Source of the DNA: Chloroflexota bacterium
Lineage (GTDB): Bacteria; Chloroflexota; Limnocylindria; Limnocylindrales; CSP1-4
DNA: 60,723 bases
Assembly: GCA_003171035.1 (NCBI GenBank)
Contig: PMXR01000052.1
Coordinates: 1 to 60,723 of the forward strand
Reading direction: 5' to 3'
The notes under the pieces are model-generated. The model ran no database searches, was not told the origin of the DNA, and worked only from the letters and a program-made list of their open reading frames with translations. The translations under genes were made by a program, and so were the position numbers. Positions 1 to 10,648 of this stretch are shown here, piece by piece. How positions within the stretch are numbered: the stretch's first letter is position 1; each line of letters begins with the position of its first letter.

Positions 1-1350
1 CTGATCGCCAACCGGGGCGAGATCGCGATCCGGGTGATCCGGGCCTGCAAGGAGCTGGGCGTGGCCACCGTGGCGGTCTACTCCGAGGCCGACCGGGCCG
101 CCCTGCACGTGCGCGCCGCAGACGAGGCTTACTGCATCGGCCCCGCGCCCAGCCAGGACTCCTACCTGAACGAGGCCAAGGTGCTGGAAGTGGCCACGCG
201 CTGCGGCGCCGACGCCATCCACCCCGGCTACGGGTTCCTCTCCGAAGACGCGAGCTTCGCCGATGTCGTGCGAGCCCACGATCTGGAGTTCATCGGTCCC
301 TCGGCCGAAGTTCTCGAGCGGTTCGCCTCCAAGGAAGCCACTCGCCGGCTCCTCGCCGCTCACGGCCTCCAGACCATCCCCGGCTCCACGATGCTGCGCG
401 ACGAAGCCCACGCCCTGGAGGAGGCCGAGCGGATCGGCTACCCGCTGCTGATCAAGCCGTCGGGCGGTGGCGGTGGCAAGGGCATGCGCCTGGTGCGGAA
501 CGCGCGTGAGCTGGAGTCGACGTTCAAGGTCAGCCGCTCCGAGGCCAAAGCCGCCTTCGGCGACGACTCGCTATATCTCGAGAAGTTCCTCGAGGAGAAC
601 CGCCACATCGAGATCCAGGTTGCGGTCGACCGCTTCGGCAACGCCGTCCACATGTTCGAGCGCGACTGCTCCGTCCAGCGCCGCCACCAGAAGATCATCG
701 AGGAGACGCCGTCGCCGGCCCTCTCCGAAGACGCCCGCCGCGATCTGGCCGAGCGTGCCCTCAAGGCCGTTGCCGCTGCCGGGTACGAGAACCTCGGCAC
801 TCTCGAGTTCCTCGTCGACTCAAAGGGCGAGGCCTACTTCATTGAAATCAACTGCCGCGTCCAGGTCGAGCACGCGATCACCGAGATGGTCACCGGCATC
901 GATATGGTGGCGTTGCAGATCAGGATCGCGGCCGGCGAGCCGCTCGGCTTCACTCAGGCCGACATCGCCTCGAGCGGCCACGCCATCGAATTCCGGATCC
1001 TGGCCGAGGATCCCGCCAAGGATTTCCGCCCGCAATCGGGTCAGGTCGGGGCATACCTCACGCCGGGAGGCCCCGGAGTGAGGATGGACTCTCACCTGTA
1101 TCCCGGCTACGAGATCCCGTCCTACTACGACTCGCTACTCGGCAAGCTCTGCGTCTGGGCGCCCAACCGCGCCGAGGCCATCGCTCGCGGCGATGCCGCG
1201 CTGCGTGAGCTGCTCGTCGACGGCGTCACCACCAACATCGAACTCCACCGCGCCATCCTCGCCAACCAGGTCTTCATCGATGGCAAAGTGACGACGAGCC
1301 TGCTCGACCGTGTCGGCAGTGCCCCGTTCGTCGCCGCCGGCAACCGCTGA
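1..1350 (+). CDS. accC: biotin carboxylase subunit of acetyl-CoA carboxylase (5' end cut by window edge)
   Basis: The frame is open from nt 1 (LIANRGEIAIRVIRACKELG...), so the M at 34 is internal. ATP-grasp biotin carboxylase hallmarks are present: HPGYGFLSE, glycine loop KPSGGGGGKGMR, EINCRVQVEH, PGVRMDS. Confidence 0.95.
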   Translation: MIANRGEIAIRVIRACKELGVATVAVYSEADRAALHVRAADEAYCIGPAPSQDSYLNEAKVLEVATRCGADAIHPGYGFLSEDASFADVVRAHDLEFIGPSAEVLERFASKEATRRLLAAHGLQTIPGSTMLRDEAHALEEAERIGYPLLIKPSGGGGGKGMRLVRNARELESTFKVSRSEAKAAFGDDSLYLEKFLEENRHIEIQVAVDRFGNAVHMFERDCSVQRRHQKIIEETPSPALSEDARRDLAERALKAVAAAGYENLGTLEFLVDSKGEAYFIEINCRVQVEHAITEMVTGIDMVALQIRIAAGEPLGFTQADIASSGHAIEFRILAEDPAKDFRPQSGQVGAYLTPGGPGVRMDSHLYPGYEIPSYYDSLLGKLCVWAPNRAEAIARGDAALRELLVDGVTTNIELHRAILANQVFIDGKVTTSLLDRVGSAPFVAAGNR

Positions 1351-1382
1351 GCCGCCGTCCCCCGCCACCAGGAGCTGCCCCC

Positions 1383-1853
1383 GTGACCGAAACCGCTGCC
1401 AAAGCGCCCATTCTCACGACCAAACAGATCCAGGAACTGCTGCCCCACCGCTGGCCGTTCGCGCTGGTCGATCGCATCGTCGAGTACGACGTGGAGGCCA
1501 AGCGCATCGTCGGGCTCAAATCCGTGACCGCCACAGAGTGGTTCTTCCAGGGCCACTTCCCCGGCCAGCCGATCATGCCCGGCGTCCTGCAGGTCGAGGC
1601 GCTGGCGCAGACGATGGGCATCTACGTGGCCCAGCAGCCGGGCTTCGGGGATCGGCTCGGCCTCTTCGCGGCGATCGACGAGTGCCGCTTCAAGCACATC
1701 GTGACACCCGGCGATCAGCTCCTGCTCGAGGTGACGATGGAGCGTCTCGGCAGCAAGTTCGGGCGGGGCAAGGGCGTCGCGACGGTCAACGGCGACGTGG
1801 CTTGTGAAGCCCTGCTGAGCTTCATCATCGCCCCCGAGAGCGCACTGCGCTGA
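1383..1853 (+). CDS. fabZ: 3-hydroxyacyl-ACP dehydratase
   Basis: GTG start. Contains LLPHRWPFALVDRI and the hot-dog catalytic region GHFPGQPIMPGVLQVEALAQ. Size is 156 aa. Confidence 0.9.
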   Translation: MTETAAKAPILTTKQIQELLPHRWPFALVDRIVEYDVEAKRIVGLKSVTATEWFFQGHFPGQPIMPGVLQVEALAQTMGIYVAQQPGFGDRLGLFAAIDECRFKHIVTPGDQLLLEVTMERLGSKFGRGKGVATVNGDVACEALLSFIIAPESALR

Positions 1854-2596
1854 TGGTCCGGATTGCGGCGCTATCCGACATCCACGGCAACCTGCCGGCC
1901 CTCATGGCCGTCCATAAGGCCATCGACGCCGCCCGGCCCGACTACGTGGCCATCTGCGGCGATCTGGTCTTCAACGGACCGGACCCGGCCGGGACGCTGG
2001 CACTCGTCCAGGAACTCCAGCGGGCCGGCGCCTTCGTGACGCTGGGCAACACCGACCTGGCCGTAGCCGACGGCGACATCGCCGCGTCCTTCCCGTGGTT
2101 CACGGACGGCGCCCCCGACGCCTATCTGGCGGCCGCCGAATGGGCCCGCGACCAGATCGGCGACGATGGCCTCGACTACCTGCGCCGCCTGCCGTCGGAG
2201 AGACGGCTCCGCGTCGGCGAGGACCTGGTGATCTTCTGCCACGCCTCGCCCGGGTCTCTGACCGACGGTCTGGGAACCGACCTGGATCCGGTCGTCACGA
2301 TCGATCGAGTCAGCCGCACCGACGCCAAGGTGATCGTGTGCGGGCACACCCACCTGCCGGAGGTACGCGAGGTGGGATGGCGGACGATCGTCAACACCGG
2401 CAGCGCCGGATACATCTTCGACGGCGATCCCACCGCGAGCTGGGCTCTGATCGAGATCGACGAGGATCGGGTCAGCGCCGAGATCCACCGCACGAACTAC
2501 GACGTCATGGCAGCCTCGGACGCCGTCTCGGCGCGCGGACTGCCCGGCGACGTTTATCGCGCCGCCACCATCCGTACTGGGAAACTGGTTCGATGA
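1853..2596 (+). CDS. calcineurin-like metallophosphoesterase (YfcE/MJ0936-like)
   Basis: Phosphoesterase motifs LSDIHGN, CGDLVFNGPD, LGNTD and VCGHTHLP. The start overlaps the fabZ stop (TGATG) and the stop overlaps the fabF start (ATGA). Confidence 0.75.
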   Translation: MVRIAALSDIHGNLPALMAVHKAIDAARPDYVAICGDLVFNGPDPAGTLALVQELQRAGAFVTLGNTDLAVADGDIAASFPWFTDGAPDAYLAAAEWARDQIGDDGLDYLRRLPSERRLRVGEDLVIFCHASPGSLTDGLGTDLDPVVTIDRVSRTDAKVIVCGHTHLPEVREVGWRTIVNTGSAGYIFDGDPTASWALIEIDEDRVSAEIHRTNYDVMAASDAVSARGLPGDVYRAATIRTGKLVR

Positions 2597-3864
2597 AGAA
2601 CGTGGAGTTGAACGCCATGCCGCGCGTAGTCGTCACCGGCATGGGCGTCGTGTCGCCGCTGGGCAACGACGTCACATCCACCTGGGACGCGCTGATCGCG
2701 GGCCGGTCGGGCGTGGGCCCGATCACGCAGTTCGACCCGTCACGGCTGACCACCCGGATCGCCGCTGAGGTCAAGGGCTTCGACCCATCCCAGGTTCTGG
2801 ACCGCAAGGACCAGCGCCGCAACGATCGGTACGTCCAGCTGGCCCTCGTGGCGGCCCGTCAGGCGATGGATCAGGCCGGCCTGCCGGCCCGGCTCGAAGG
2901 CGATCTGGCCGAGCGGACCGGCGTGATCGTCGGTACCGGCATCGGCGGCATCAGGACACTGGCCGACCAGGTCCTGCTGATGGGCCAAAAGGGCCCCGAC
3001 CGGATGTCCCCGTTCCTGATCCCGATGGCGATCTCCAATCTCGCAGCCGGCGTCATTGCCATCGTCTTCGGCCCGCAGGGTCCGAACTTTAGTGTCGTCT
3101 CCGCCTGCGCAACCGGCGGTCACGCCATCGGCGAGGCCTGGGAAACGATCCGGCGTGGCGATGCCGACATCATGCTTGCCGGCGGTACCGAGGCCACGGG
3201 TCACGAATCGCTCGTCGGTGGTTTCGCGGCCATGCGCGCCCTGTCGACCCGCAACGACGAACCGGAGCGCGCCTCGCGCCCGTTCGACGCAGGCCGTGAC
3301 GGCTTCGTCATCGGCGAAGGTGCCGGTGTCGTGGCGCTGGAATCGCTGGACCACGCCCGGGCCCGCGGCGCCGAGCCGCTGGCCGAGATCGTGGGTTACG
3401 GCGCCACGGCCGACGCCTCTCACATCACGTTGCCGGCGCCCGGTGGCTACGGCGCGGTCCGGGCAATCCGCCGCGCCCTGGAGAAGGCGGGCCTCAGCGT
3501 CGACGACGTGGCCATGGTCAATGCCCACGCCACGTCCACTCCGGAAGGCGATCCGCGCGAGCTTGAGGCCATCAAGACTCTCTTCGGCGAACGTGCCGGC
3601 CAGGTCAGTGTCACGGCCAACAAGAGCATGCTCGGCCATACGCTCGGCGCCGCCGGCGCGATCGAGGCCATCGCCACGGTCATGAGCTGCCGGACCGGCA
3701 TAGTTCCGCCGACGATCAACCTCGAGGTCCCGGATGCCGCGGCGGCGGGTCTCGACCTGACGCCAAACGTTGCCCGCCGCCGAGATATCGACGTGGCGGT
3801 GTCCAACTCCTTCGGGTTTGGCGGCCAGAACAGCGCCCTGGTCATCCGGCGCTGGGCTGAGTGA
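2593..3864 (+). CDS. fabF: beta-ketoacyl-ACP synthase II
   Basis: This is the real gene inside ORF 2095..3864. ATG 2593 overlaps the upstream stop; ATG 2617 is an alternative start. Contains PRVVVTGMGVVSPLGN, active-site Cys in VVSACATGGHAIG, His motifs NAHATSTPEGD and NKSMLGHTLGAAG, and C-terminal SNSFGFGGQNSALV. Confidence 0.92.
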   Translation: MKNVELNAMPRVVVTGMGVVSPLGNDVTSTWDALIAGRSGVGPITQFDPSRLTTRIAAEVKGFDPSQVLDRKDQRRNDRYVQLALVAARQAMDQAGLPARLEGDLAERTGVIVGTGIGGIRTLADQVLLMGQKGPDRMSPFLIPMAISNLAAGVIAIVFGPQGPNFSVVSACATGGHAIGEAWETIRRGDADIMLAGGTEATGHESLVGGFAAMRALSTRNDEPERASRPFDAGRDGFVIGEGAGVVALESLDHARARGAEPLAEIVGYGATADASHITLPAPGGYGAVRAIRRALEKAGLSVDDVAMVNAHATSTPEGDPRELEAIKTLFGERAGQVSVTANKSMLGHTLGAAGAIEAIATVMSCRTGIVPPTINLEVPDAAAAGLDLTPNVARRRDIDVAVSNSFGFGGQNSALVIRRWAE

Positions 3865-3874
3865 GGGCCGACAG

Positions 3875-4399
3875 ATGAGCGATCGTCACGACGAGCCGAA
3901 GGCGGAGAGTCCGGTGGACCGGGCGGCCATGTCGCCCGAGACGGCGTCACTGCTGGGTCTCATCGACAAGCTCGGGTCGTTGCTCGAGCGCAGCGATCTT
4001 GTCGAGCTGGAGGTCGAGTCGGGTGAGACCGGCATCATCCTGCGCAAGCCGGCGGCCCTGGCCCCGACGGCGGCGGCGCCCGCGGCGGTAGTCGCCGGGT
4101 CCGACGCGCCGGCCGGCACAACTCCGGCTGCGCCGGCCGCGGAATCGGTTCCGGCCGCAAACATCAAGACCGTCAAGGCGCCGCTGACCGGCGTGTTCTA
4201 CGGGGCCTCTTCGCCAGGCTCACCGCCGTTCCTGACGGTCGGGCAGCACGTGGCGGTCGGCCAGGTGATCGGCCTGATCGAGGCCATGAAGCTCTTCAAT
4301 GAGATCAAGTCCGACCAGGCCGGCCGGGTTCTCAGGATCGTCGCCGAAACGGGCAAGCTCGTGAAGGCCAAGCAGCCCCTGATCGAGGTGGAGCCGTAA
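3875..4399 (+). CDS. accB: biotin carboxyl carrier protein of acetyl-CoA carboxylase
   Basis: ATG 3875 lies inside ORF 3770..4399. The protein has an Ala/Pro-rich linker followed by a biotinyl domain with EAMKLFNEI (biotinyl-Lys in the AMK motif). Confidence 0.9.
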   Translation: MSDRHDEPKAESPVDRAAMSPETASLLGLIDKLGSLLERSDLVELEVESGETGIILRKPAALAPTAAAPAAVVAGSDAPAGTTPAAPAAESVPAANIKTVKAPLTGVFYGASSPGSPPFLTVGQHVAVGQVIGLIEAMKLFNEIKSDQAGRVLRIVAETGKLVKAKQPLIEVEP

Positions 4400-5583
4400 T
4401 GGCTCGGCCCGTGACGGGCGTCCACGTCACCGGCTGGGGTGCCTACGCGCCCTCTCTGGTCCTGAGGAACGTCGATCTCGAGCGCATGGTCGATACCAAC
4501 GACGAGTGGATCGTCTCCCGGACCGGCATCAGCGAGCGGCGCATCGCCGCGCCCGACGAGACGACGGCCAGCATGGCTGCCGTGGCCGGTTTGCGGGCAA
4601 TCGCCACCGCCGGGCTCCAGCCCGACGACATCGACCTGATACTTGTTGGCACCCTGAGTCCCGACTACGTCATGCCCTCCACGGCCGCCCTCGTCAAGGA
4701 AGCCATCGGCAACAAGCGTGCGGCGGCGATGGACCTGTACGCGGCCTGCTCGGGCTTCGTGTACGGCTACGCCACGGCCCACGCCTACATCGCCAGCGGA
4801 ATGGCCAAGCACGTCCTGGTGATCGGCGCGGAGACCCTGAGCCGCTACACGGACTTCTCCGATCGCTCGACCTGCATCCTGTTCGGCGACGGAGCCGGCG
4901 CGGCCGTTCTGTCCGCTTCCGACGAACCGGGCGGGACCCTGGGCATGGAGATGACCACCGATCCTTCGGGCGCGTATCTCATCTGGCTTCCCGGCGGGGG
5001 AGCGGCACGTCCCGCGACCGCGACATCTCTCGCCTCCGGCGAGCACTACATGAAGATGAAGGGCACGGAGACGTTCAAGATGGCGGTCCGGACCCTGGGC
5101 TCGACCGCGACCGCCGCCGTAAAGAAGGCCGGGCTCGATCTCTCCGACGTCGATCTGGTCGTGCCTCACCAGGCCAACAACCGCATCATCGAGGCCCTGG
5201 CGAAGTCGCTCGACTTCCCGATGGCGAAGGTCTTCGTCAACGTCCAGCGCTACGGCAACACGTCGGCGGCATCGGTGCCGCTGGCCCTTTCCGAAGCGGT
5301 GGCCGCCGGGCGCATCAAGAAGGGCGATCGGCTGCTGCTGGTCGCCTTCGGCTCGGGGCTGACGTCCGGGGCGATCATGTTGCAGTGGACCGCCGATCCG
5401 GCCGCCATGGCACGAGCCGCGGCAATCGGCCCCTCAGACGTCCGCATCCAATCCGGCTATCTGGAGCCGGTCAATCCGTTCCCGCCGGCGCTCCAGTGGC
5501 TCCGCGATGGAACTACGCCCGTCAGAACGGTCGACACGGCGCCGACCGGCGCAGGCCCCCACACTCGAGGAGGAATGAAGTGA
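4399..5583 (+). CDS. fabH: beta-ketoacyl-ACP synthase III with about 60-aa C-terminal extension
   Basis: Contains NDEWIVSRTGISERR, active Cys in AACSGFVYG, VPHQANNRII and YGNTSAASVPLAL. A Pro/Ala/Thr-rich tail follows the core fold. Confidence 0.9.
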   Translation: MARPVTGVHVTGWGAYAPSLVLRNVDLERMVDTNDEWIVSRTGISERRIAAPDETTASMAAVAGLRAIATAGLQPDDIDLILVGTLSPDYVMPSTAALVKEAIGNKRAAAMDLYAACSGFVYGYATAHAYIASGMAKHVLVIGAETLSRYTDFSDRSTCILFGDGAGAAVLSASDEPGGTLGMEMTTDPSGAYLIWLPGGGAARPATATSLASGEHYMKMKGTETFKMAVRTLGSTATAAVKKAGLDLSDVDLVVPHQANNRIIEALAKSLDFPMAKVFVNVQRYGNTSAASVPLALSEAVAAGRIKKGDRLLLVAFGSGLTSGAIMLQWTADPAAMARAAAIGPSDVRIQSGYLEPVNPFPPALQWLRDGTTPVRTVDTAPTGAGPHTRGGMK

Positions 5584-6329
5584 TCGATCTGTCCGGAAAG
5601 TCCGCTCTCGTCACCGGCGGGGCGCGTGGCATCGGCAAGGCCATCTGCCTCAAGCTCGCCGCGCAGGGCGCGGACATCGCGTTCGTCGACGTGGGACGTG
5701 CCGAGGTCGCCGAGGCCACAGTGGCCGAGATCAAGGCCCTCGGCCGCAAGGCCCTCTACATCCCGGCGGACGTAACCGACCCCGACGCCTGCGTCAAGGC
5801 CGTCGCGGCCGCGGTCGAGGCCTTCGGCAAGATCGACATCCTGGTCAACAACGCCGGCATCACTCGCGACGACCTGATCATGCGGATGCCGATCGACGAC
5901 TGGAAGAAGGTCCTGGAGGTCAACCTCTTCGGCGCCTTCTACATGATCAAGGCCGCGATCCGGCCGATGCTCAAGGCCCATGCCGGCCGCATCATCAACA
6001 TGTCGAGCGTGTCGGGCCAGGCCGGTCAGATGGGCCAGGCCAACTATTCGTCGTCCAAGGCCGGCCTGATCGGCCTGACCAAGGCCACGGCTCGTGAGGT
6101 CGCCTCGCGCGGCATCACCTGCAACGCCGTCGCGCCCGGCTTCATCGTCACCGAGCTGACCAAGGATCTGCCCGAGGCGCTTCAGGATCAGATCAAGGCC
6201 GCCACGCCTCTCGGCCACTTCGGCACCGTGGACGACATCGCCAACGCCGTGACGTTCCTCGCCTCGGACGAGGCCGCGTACATCACCGGCCAGGTTCTGG
6301 CGGTCGACGGCGGCCTGGTGATGATGTAG
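5580..6329 (+). CDS. fabG: 3-oxoacyl-ACP reductase
   Basis: GTG 5580 overlaps the fabH stop (GTGA), and the upstream part of ORF 4506..6329 is an artefact. Contains VTGGARGIGKAI, NNAGITRD and the YSSSK (YxxxK) SDR motif. Confidence 0.9.
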   Translation: MIDLSGKSALVTGGARGIGKAICLKLAAQGADIAFVDVGRAEVAEATVAEIKALGRKALYIPADVTDPDACVKAVAAAVEAFGKIDILVNNAGITRDDLIMRMPIDDWKKVLEVNLFGAFYMIKAAIRPMLKAHAGRIINMSSVSGQAGQMGQANYSSSKAGLIGLTKATAREVASRGITCNAVAPGFIVTELTKDLPEALQDQIKAATPLGHFGTVDDIANAVTFLASDEAAYITGQVLAVDGGLVMM

Positions 6330-6338
6330 TTCGCCGTC

Positions 6339-6360
6339 GGAGCGGCTTGATGCCGGCTCC
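6339..6360. terminator. GC-rich hairpin between convergent fabG and the DUF3048 gene (possible bidirectional terminator)
   Basis: GGAGCGGC-ttgat-GCCGGCTCC forms about 8 bp with one bulge. There is no U-tract, so this is weak. Confidence 0.3.
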
Positions 6361-6372
6361 GGCCCGGGCGGC

Positions 6373-7530
6373 CTACTTGACCGTGACCGCGTAGGTCGGC
6401 GGGATGCTCTGGATGAAGATCTCGCCGCGGACGAGCGAGATCTCATTCCCCGATGAGTCGTAGAAGCGAGTCAGCGTGGTGTTGTTCTTCTTCTTCCACG
6501 TGCCGACAATCTCGCGGCCTTCCTGGAAGATGAGCGCCTTGCCCGAGCCGACGTTGTGGACGACCGGTCGAACATGCCCGGGCTCCGAGAGGTCGTTGGT
6601 CAGTCCCTGATACATGACGATGACGTTGCGCGCGTAGACCTGCGTGTTGTTCGCCGGATCGATCTCGGGCTGGCCGCCGACGTAGCGCAGGTAGGAGTCG
6701 GTTCCCGGCTGGAACTGGTAGCCGATGGTTCCGGTGTGATACGCGATCGAGATGGTCTGGGCGGTCGGCCTGTCAACCGGGTTGCTGTCGGCTCTGAAGG
6801 GCCGGGCGGGCACGTTCTGATACGTGGTCGGATACTTCTTGACCGAGAGGCATTTGATCAGCGCGGCGCTGTTGGTGTAGGCGTTGTGCGGCCCCCGGCG
6901 GGTCGTGATGCGGTGATAGGCACAGCCGCCGCCGGCCAGTGCGTCCATGTTGTAGATGTACTTGGCATTGGCGGGAATGACAAAGTGCCGGGTCTGGGAG
7001 TCGCCGCCGTAGTGGCCCAGCAAAGCCTTGTATTCGTCGGCCCAGTAGACGTAGTAGGGCCGGGCGCTGCGCACTGGGCCTATGGAGCTGGCAGTGCCTT
7101 CCTGGAAGACGAACATGTAGCGGTCTTCGCCGCCGTCGGCCGGAGCCTGGTAGACGATCGATGCCGACGATATCCCCGACTGCGGTCTCGCGACCTTGTT
7201 GTCGTCGACCATGATCGCCATGGGCAGTCGGTCGGCCAGCGCCGCGGTCGTGGCCACTCCATCCAGAGGAGCGTAGACCCAGCCGGCCGGAAGCGGCGTG
7301 GAACCCGCATAGGTCGTCGGGGTCGGGCTCGGCGAGGGGGTCGGGATCGGCGTGTCCGTCGGGGCAACAGTCGCAGAGGCGATGGCGGTGGCTGTAGGGT
7401 TTGCGCTCGCCTGCGAAGTTCCCCTGGCGCCGGAAATCAGCAGCAGACTGCCTATCACGATTCCCACAACCGCAACCGCGGGCGTGACGATCATCAGGTT
7501 TCGATGGCGGGTCCAGCTTCTTTTGATCAA
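6373..7530 (-). CDS. membrane-anchored DUF3048 (YerB-like) protein
   Basis: N-terminal hydrophobic anchor (IVTPAVAVVGIVIGSLLLI) and a Pro/Thr/Ser linker. It then shows DUF3048-like blocks AIMVDDNKVARPQSGISSASIVYQAPADGGEDRYMFVFQ and GPVRSARPYY. Confidence 0.6.
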   Translation of the reverse strand: MIKRSWTRHRNLMIVTPAVAVVGIVIGSLLLISGARGTSQASANPTATAIASATVAPTDTPIPTPSPSPTPTTYAGSTPLPAGWVYAPLDGVATTAALADRLPMAIMVDDNKVARPQSGISSASIVYQAPADGGEDRYMFVFQEGTASSIGPVRSARPYYVYWADEYKALLGHYGGDSQTRHFVIPANAKYIYNMDALAGGGCAYHRITTRRGPHNAYTNSAALIKCLSVKKYPTTYQNVPARPFRADSNPVDRPTAQTISIAYHTGTIGYQFQPGTDSYLRYVGGQPEIDPANNTQVYARNVIVMYQGLTNDLSEPGHVRPVVHNVGSGKALIFQEGREIVGTWKKKNNTTLTRFYDSSGNEISLVRGEIFIQSIPPTYAVTVK

Positions 7531-7557
7531 GCGCCCCCGTGAGCTGGCCTCTGGCCC

Positions 7558-8478
7558 TCAACGCGTTGCGGCGGCCTCGGCCAATACCTCCGCCAGGGTC
7601 TGGTGGAGTGGTATCTCGGGTCGCCAGCCGGTGAGTTGTGTCAGAAGACTAGCATCGCCGCGGATTTCCGCCGGATCGTCGACACGGACCAGGACGTCGT
7701 CGATCTCGATCTTCGTCGCTACTCCGGCGAGGCCGCACATCTCCTCGATGATCGCACGGATGCTCACGGCCTCTCCCGAGGCGACGTTCACCACGTGGGC
7801 GGACGGCGCGGAGAGCCCGGCGAGCCACTCCAGGAGAAGACGGTAGGCCCGAACCACGTCCCGCACGTCGGTCAGATCGCGGCGCACATCCACGTTTCCC
7901 GCGTGAACGCAGCCGACCTCGCCGCGCTGGACGGAGATGACCCGTCGGGCCAGAGCCGGCACGACGAAGACGGGCCTCTGGCCGGGGCCGGTGTGGTTGA
8001 AGGACCTCGTCACCACGACCGGGAATCCGTGCCGGGTCGACGCCTCGATGGCAACGGCCTCCTCGCCGATCTTGGAGAGAGCGTAAGGGTGGATCGACGC
8101 GATAGGGGAGTCTTCGGTCAGGGGCAGGTCCTTCGGGTCGGGTGAGCCGTAGACCTCGGACGAGCCCACGACCAGCACCGGCGGCCTGACCCCGACGGCT
8201 CGCAGGGCTTCGAACAGCGCCGCCGTGCCGCCGACGTTGACGCGGAACGCCTCCGCGGGGTCGGTGCGGGCGTCGGGTGCGAACGCCATACCGGCCAGGT
8301 GGACGACCGCGTCGGGCGGTCCGTCGGGCCCCGCGAGCCATCGCGCCAGACCTGCCCGGTCCGTGATCTCGAGCTCATCCGGACCCGGGGCCGGCACGAC
8401 GACGTGGCCGTGACGCCTGAATTCGGCCTGGAGCCAGCCGCCGACAAAGCCGATGGCGCCCGTGACGTAGACGCGCAT
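7558..8478 (-). CDS. rmd: GDP-4-dehydro-6-deoxy-D-mannose reductase-like SDR
   Basis: Contains MRVYVTGAIGFVGGWL, YALSK (YxxxK), RSFNHTGPGQ and GNVDVRRDLTDVRDVVRAY. It sits directly downstream of gmd on the same strand. Confidence 0.7.
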   Translation of the reverse strand: MRVYVTGAIGFVGGWLQAEFRRHGHVVVPAPGPDELEITDRAGLARWLAGPDGPPDAVVHLAGMAFAPDARTDPAEAFRVNVGGTAALFEALRAVGVRPPVLVVGSSEVYGSPDPKDLPLTEDSPIASIHPYALSKIGEEAVAIEASTRHGFPVVVTRSFNHTGPGQRPVFVVPALARRVISVQRGEVGCVHAGNVDVRRDLTDVRDVVRAYRLLLEWLAGLSAPSAHVVNVASGEAVSIRAIIEEMCGLAGVATKIEIDDVLVRVDDPAEIRGDASLLTQLTGWRPEIPLHQTLAEVLAEAAATR

Positions 8479-8487
8479 CGTCTCGCC

Positions 8488-9591
<1,104 letters not shown>

Positions 9592-9598
9592 TCAGCAG

Positions 9599-10648
9599 TT
9601 GCGGGTGATCGTCGACACCGCGACGCTCCGACGCACACATGCCGGCAAGGCCCGCTGGGTCGCCGGCCTGGTCAAAGCCCTCGACGCGATCCCCGATCTC
9701 GAGTTGACGCGGGCCCCCGGGCCTCGGCGCGTCGGGGGAGGGCTGCTGTTCCGGCCCGTCAACGTTACGCTCCAGCGCTGGTGGTACGACGTGGGCATGC
9801 GGCGCGCGGCCCGGCGCTGTGGGGCGGACGTGATGCTGATGCCGGGGGCATATGCGTGTCGACGGGGCCGAGTGCCTCAACTGGTCGCAATCCTGGACGT
9901 CAACTACCTGACGCAGCCCGGGACGTACGACCCGACGTTCGTGCGCTACGCGCGCTGGTCGGTCACGCGCGCCGCCCGCAACGCCGACGGGCTCATGACC
10001 ATCTCCGCCTTCAGCAGGTCGGAGATCAGCCGCCACCTCGGCGTGGATCCGGAGAAGATCTCGGTCGTCTACCCGGGCCTCGAGCCGCTGCCCGAAGGCA
10101 CCTTCGCGGCGCCGCTCGACCGGCCATACGCCCTGTACGTCGGAGCCACCGAGAAACACAAGAACATCGGGCTGCTGCTGGACGCGTGGGAGAAGCTCGA
10201 CCATGGGCTGACTCTCGCGATCGTAGGCCGGCCGGGCCGGGACCACGCCGATCTCGCCGCTCGGGCGGCGAAGTCGGGCGGCCGGGTCCTGCTGGTCGGA
10301 TCCGTGGACCAGACGCAACTCGAAGCCTGGTATCGCAACGCCGTCGCTTTCCTCTTCCCGTCCCTGGCCGAGGGCTTCGGATACCCGCCGCTCGAGGCGA
10401 TGCAGCGCGGCGTGCCGGTGATCGCGTCGCGGGCAGGTTCGCTGCCCGAAGTGCTCGGCGATGCCGCGGCCTACTTCGCGCCGAATGACCCCGACGAGCT
10501 CGTGAGCAGGCTTTCCGAAGTCGCGAGCGACGGCGCACTTCGCGCCGCGATGGTGAGCAAGGGTCTCGCCCGGGCAGCGAGATACAACTGGGCCGACACT
10601 GCGGCAGCCACCGTCGGCCTGCTGGAAGGGCTCGTAAGCCGTGGCTGA
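9599..10648 (+). CDS. glycosyltransferase family 4 (GT-B)
   Basis: TTG 9599 lies about 10 nt after AAGGAGG; the ORF track starts at 9536. The GT4 E-x7-E region is FPSLAEGFGYPPLEAMQRGVPVIAS. Confidence 0.8.
   Translation: MRVIVDTATLRRTHAGKARWVAGLVKALDAIPDLELTRAPGPRRVGGGLLFRPVNVTLQRWWYDVGMRRAARRCGADVMLMPGAYACRRGRVPQLVAILDVNYLTQPGTYDPTFVRYARWSVTRAARNADGLMTISAFSRSEISRHLGVDPEKISVVYPGLEPLPEGTFAAPLDRPYALYVGATEKHKNIGLLLDAWEKLDHGLTLAIVGRPGRDHADLAARAAKSGGRVLLVGSVDQTQLEAWYRNAVAFLFPSLAEGFGYPPLEAMQRGVPVIASRAGSLPEVLGDAAAYFAPNDPDELVSRLSEVASDGALRAAMVSKGLARAARYNWADTAAATVGLLEGLVSRG

Noticed and set aside
2095-2592. N-terminal extensions suggested by the ORF track. Examples: 2095 for fabF, 4506 for fabG, 11767 for the GT2, 18168 for wzt, 24387 for pseC, 26420 and 27880 for pseGH/pseI, 36731..37894 for WbqC, 38574..39497 for the cytidylyltransferase, 44257..45459 for fcl, 46135 for the dehydrogenase.
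   Set aside because: Each extension overlaps the preceding well-supported gene in another frame and translates to Arg/Pro-rich sequence. Each real start coincides with an ATGA/GTGA junction or an SD-like motif just before the first conserved family block.
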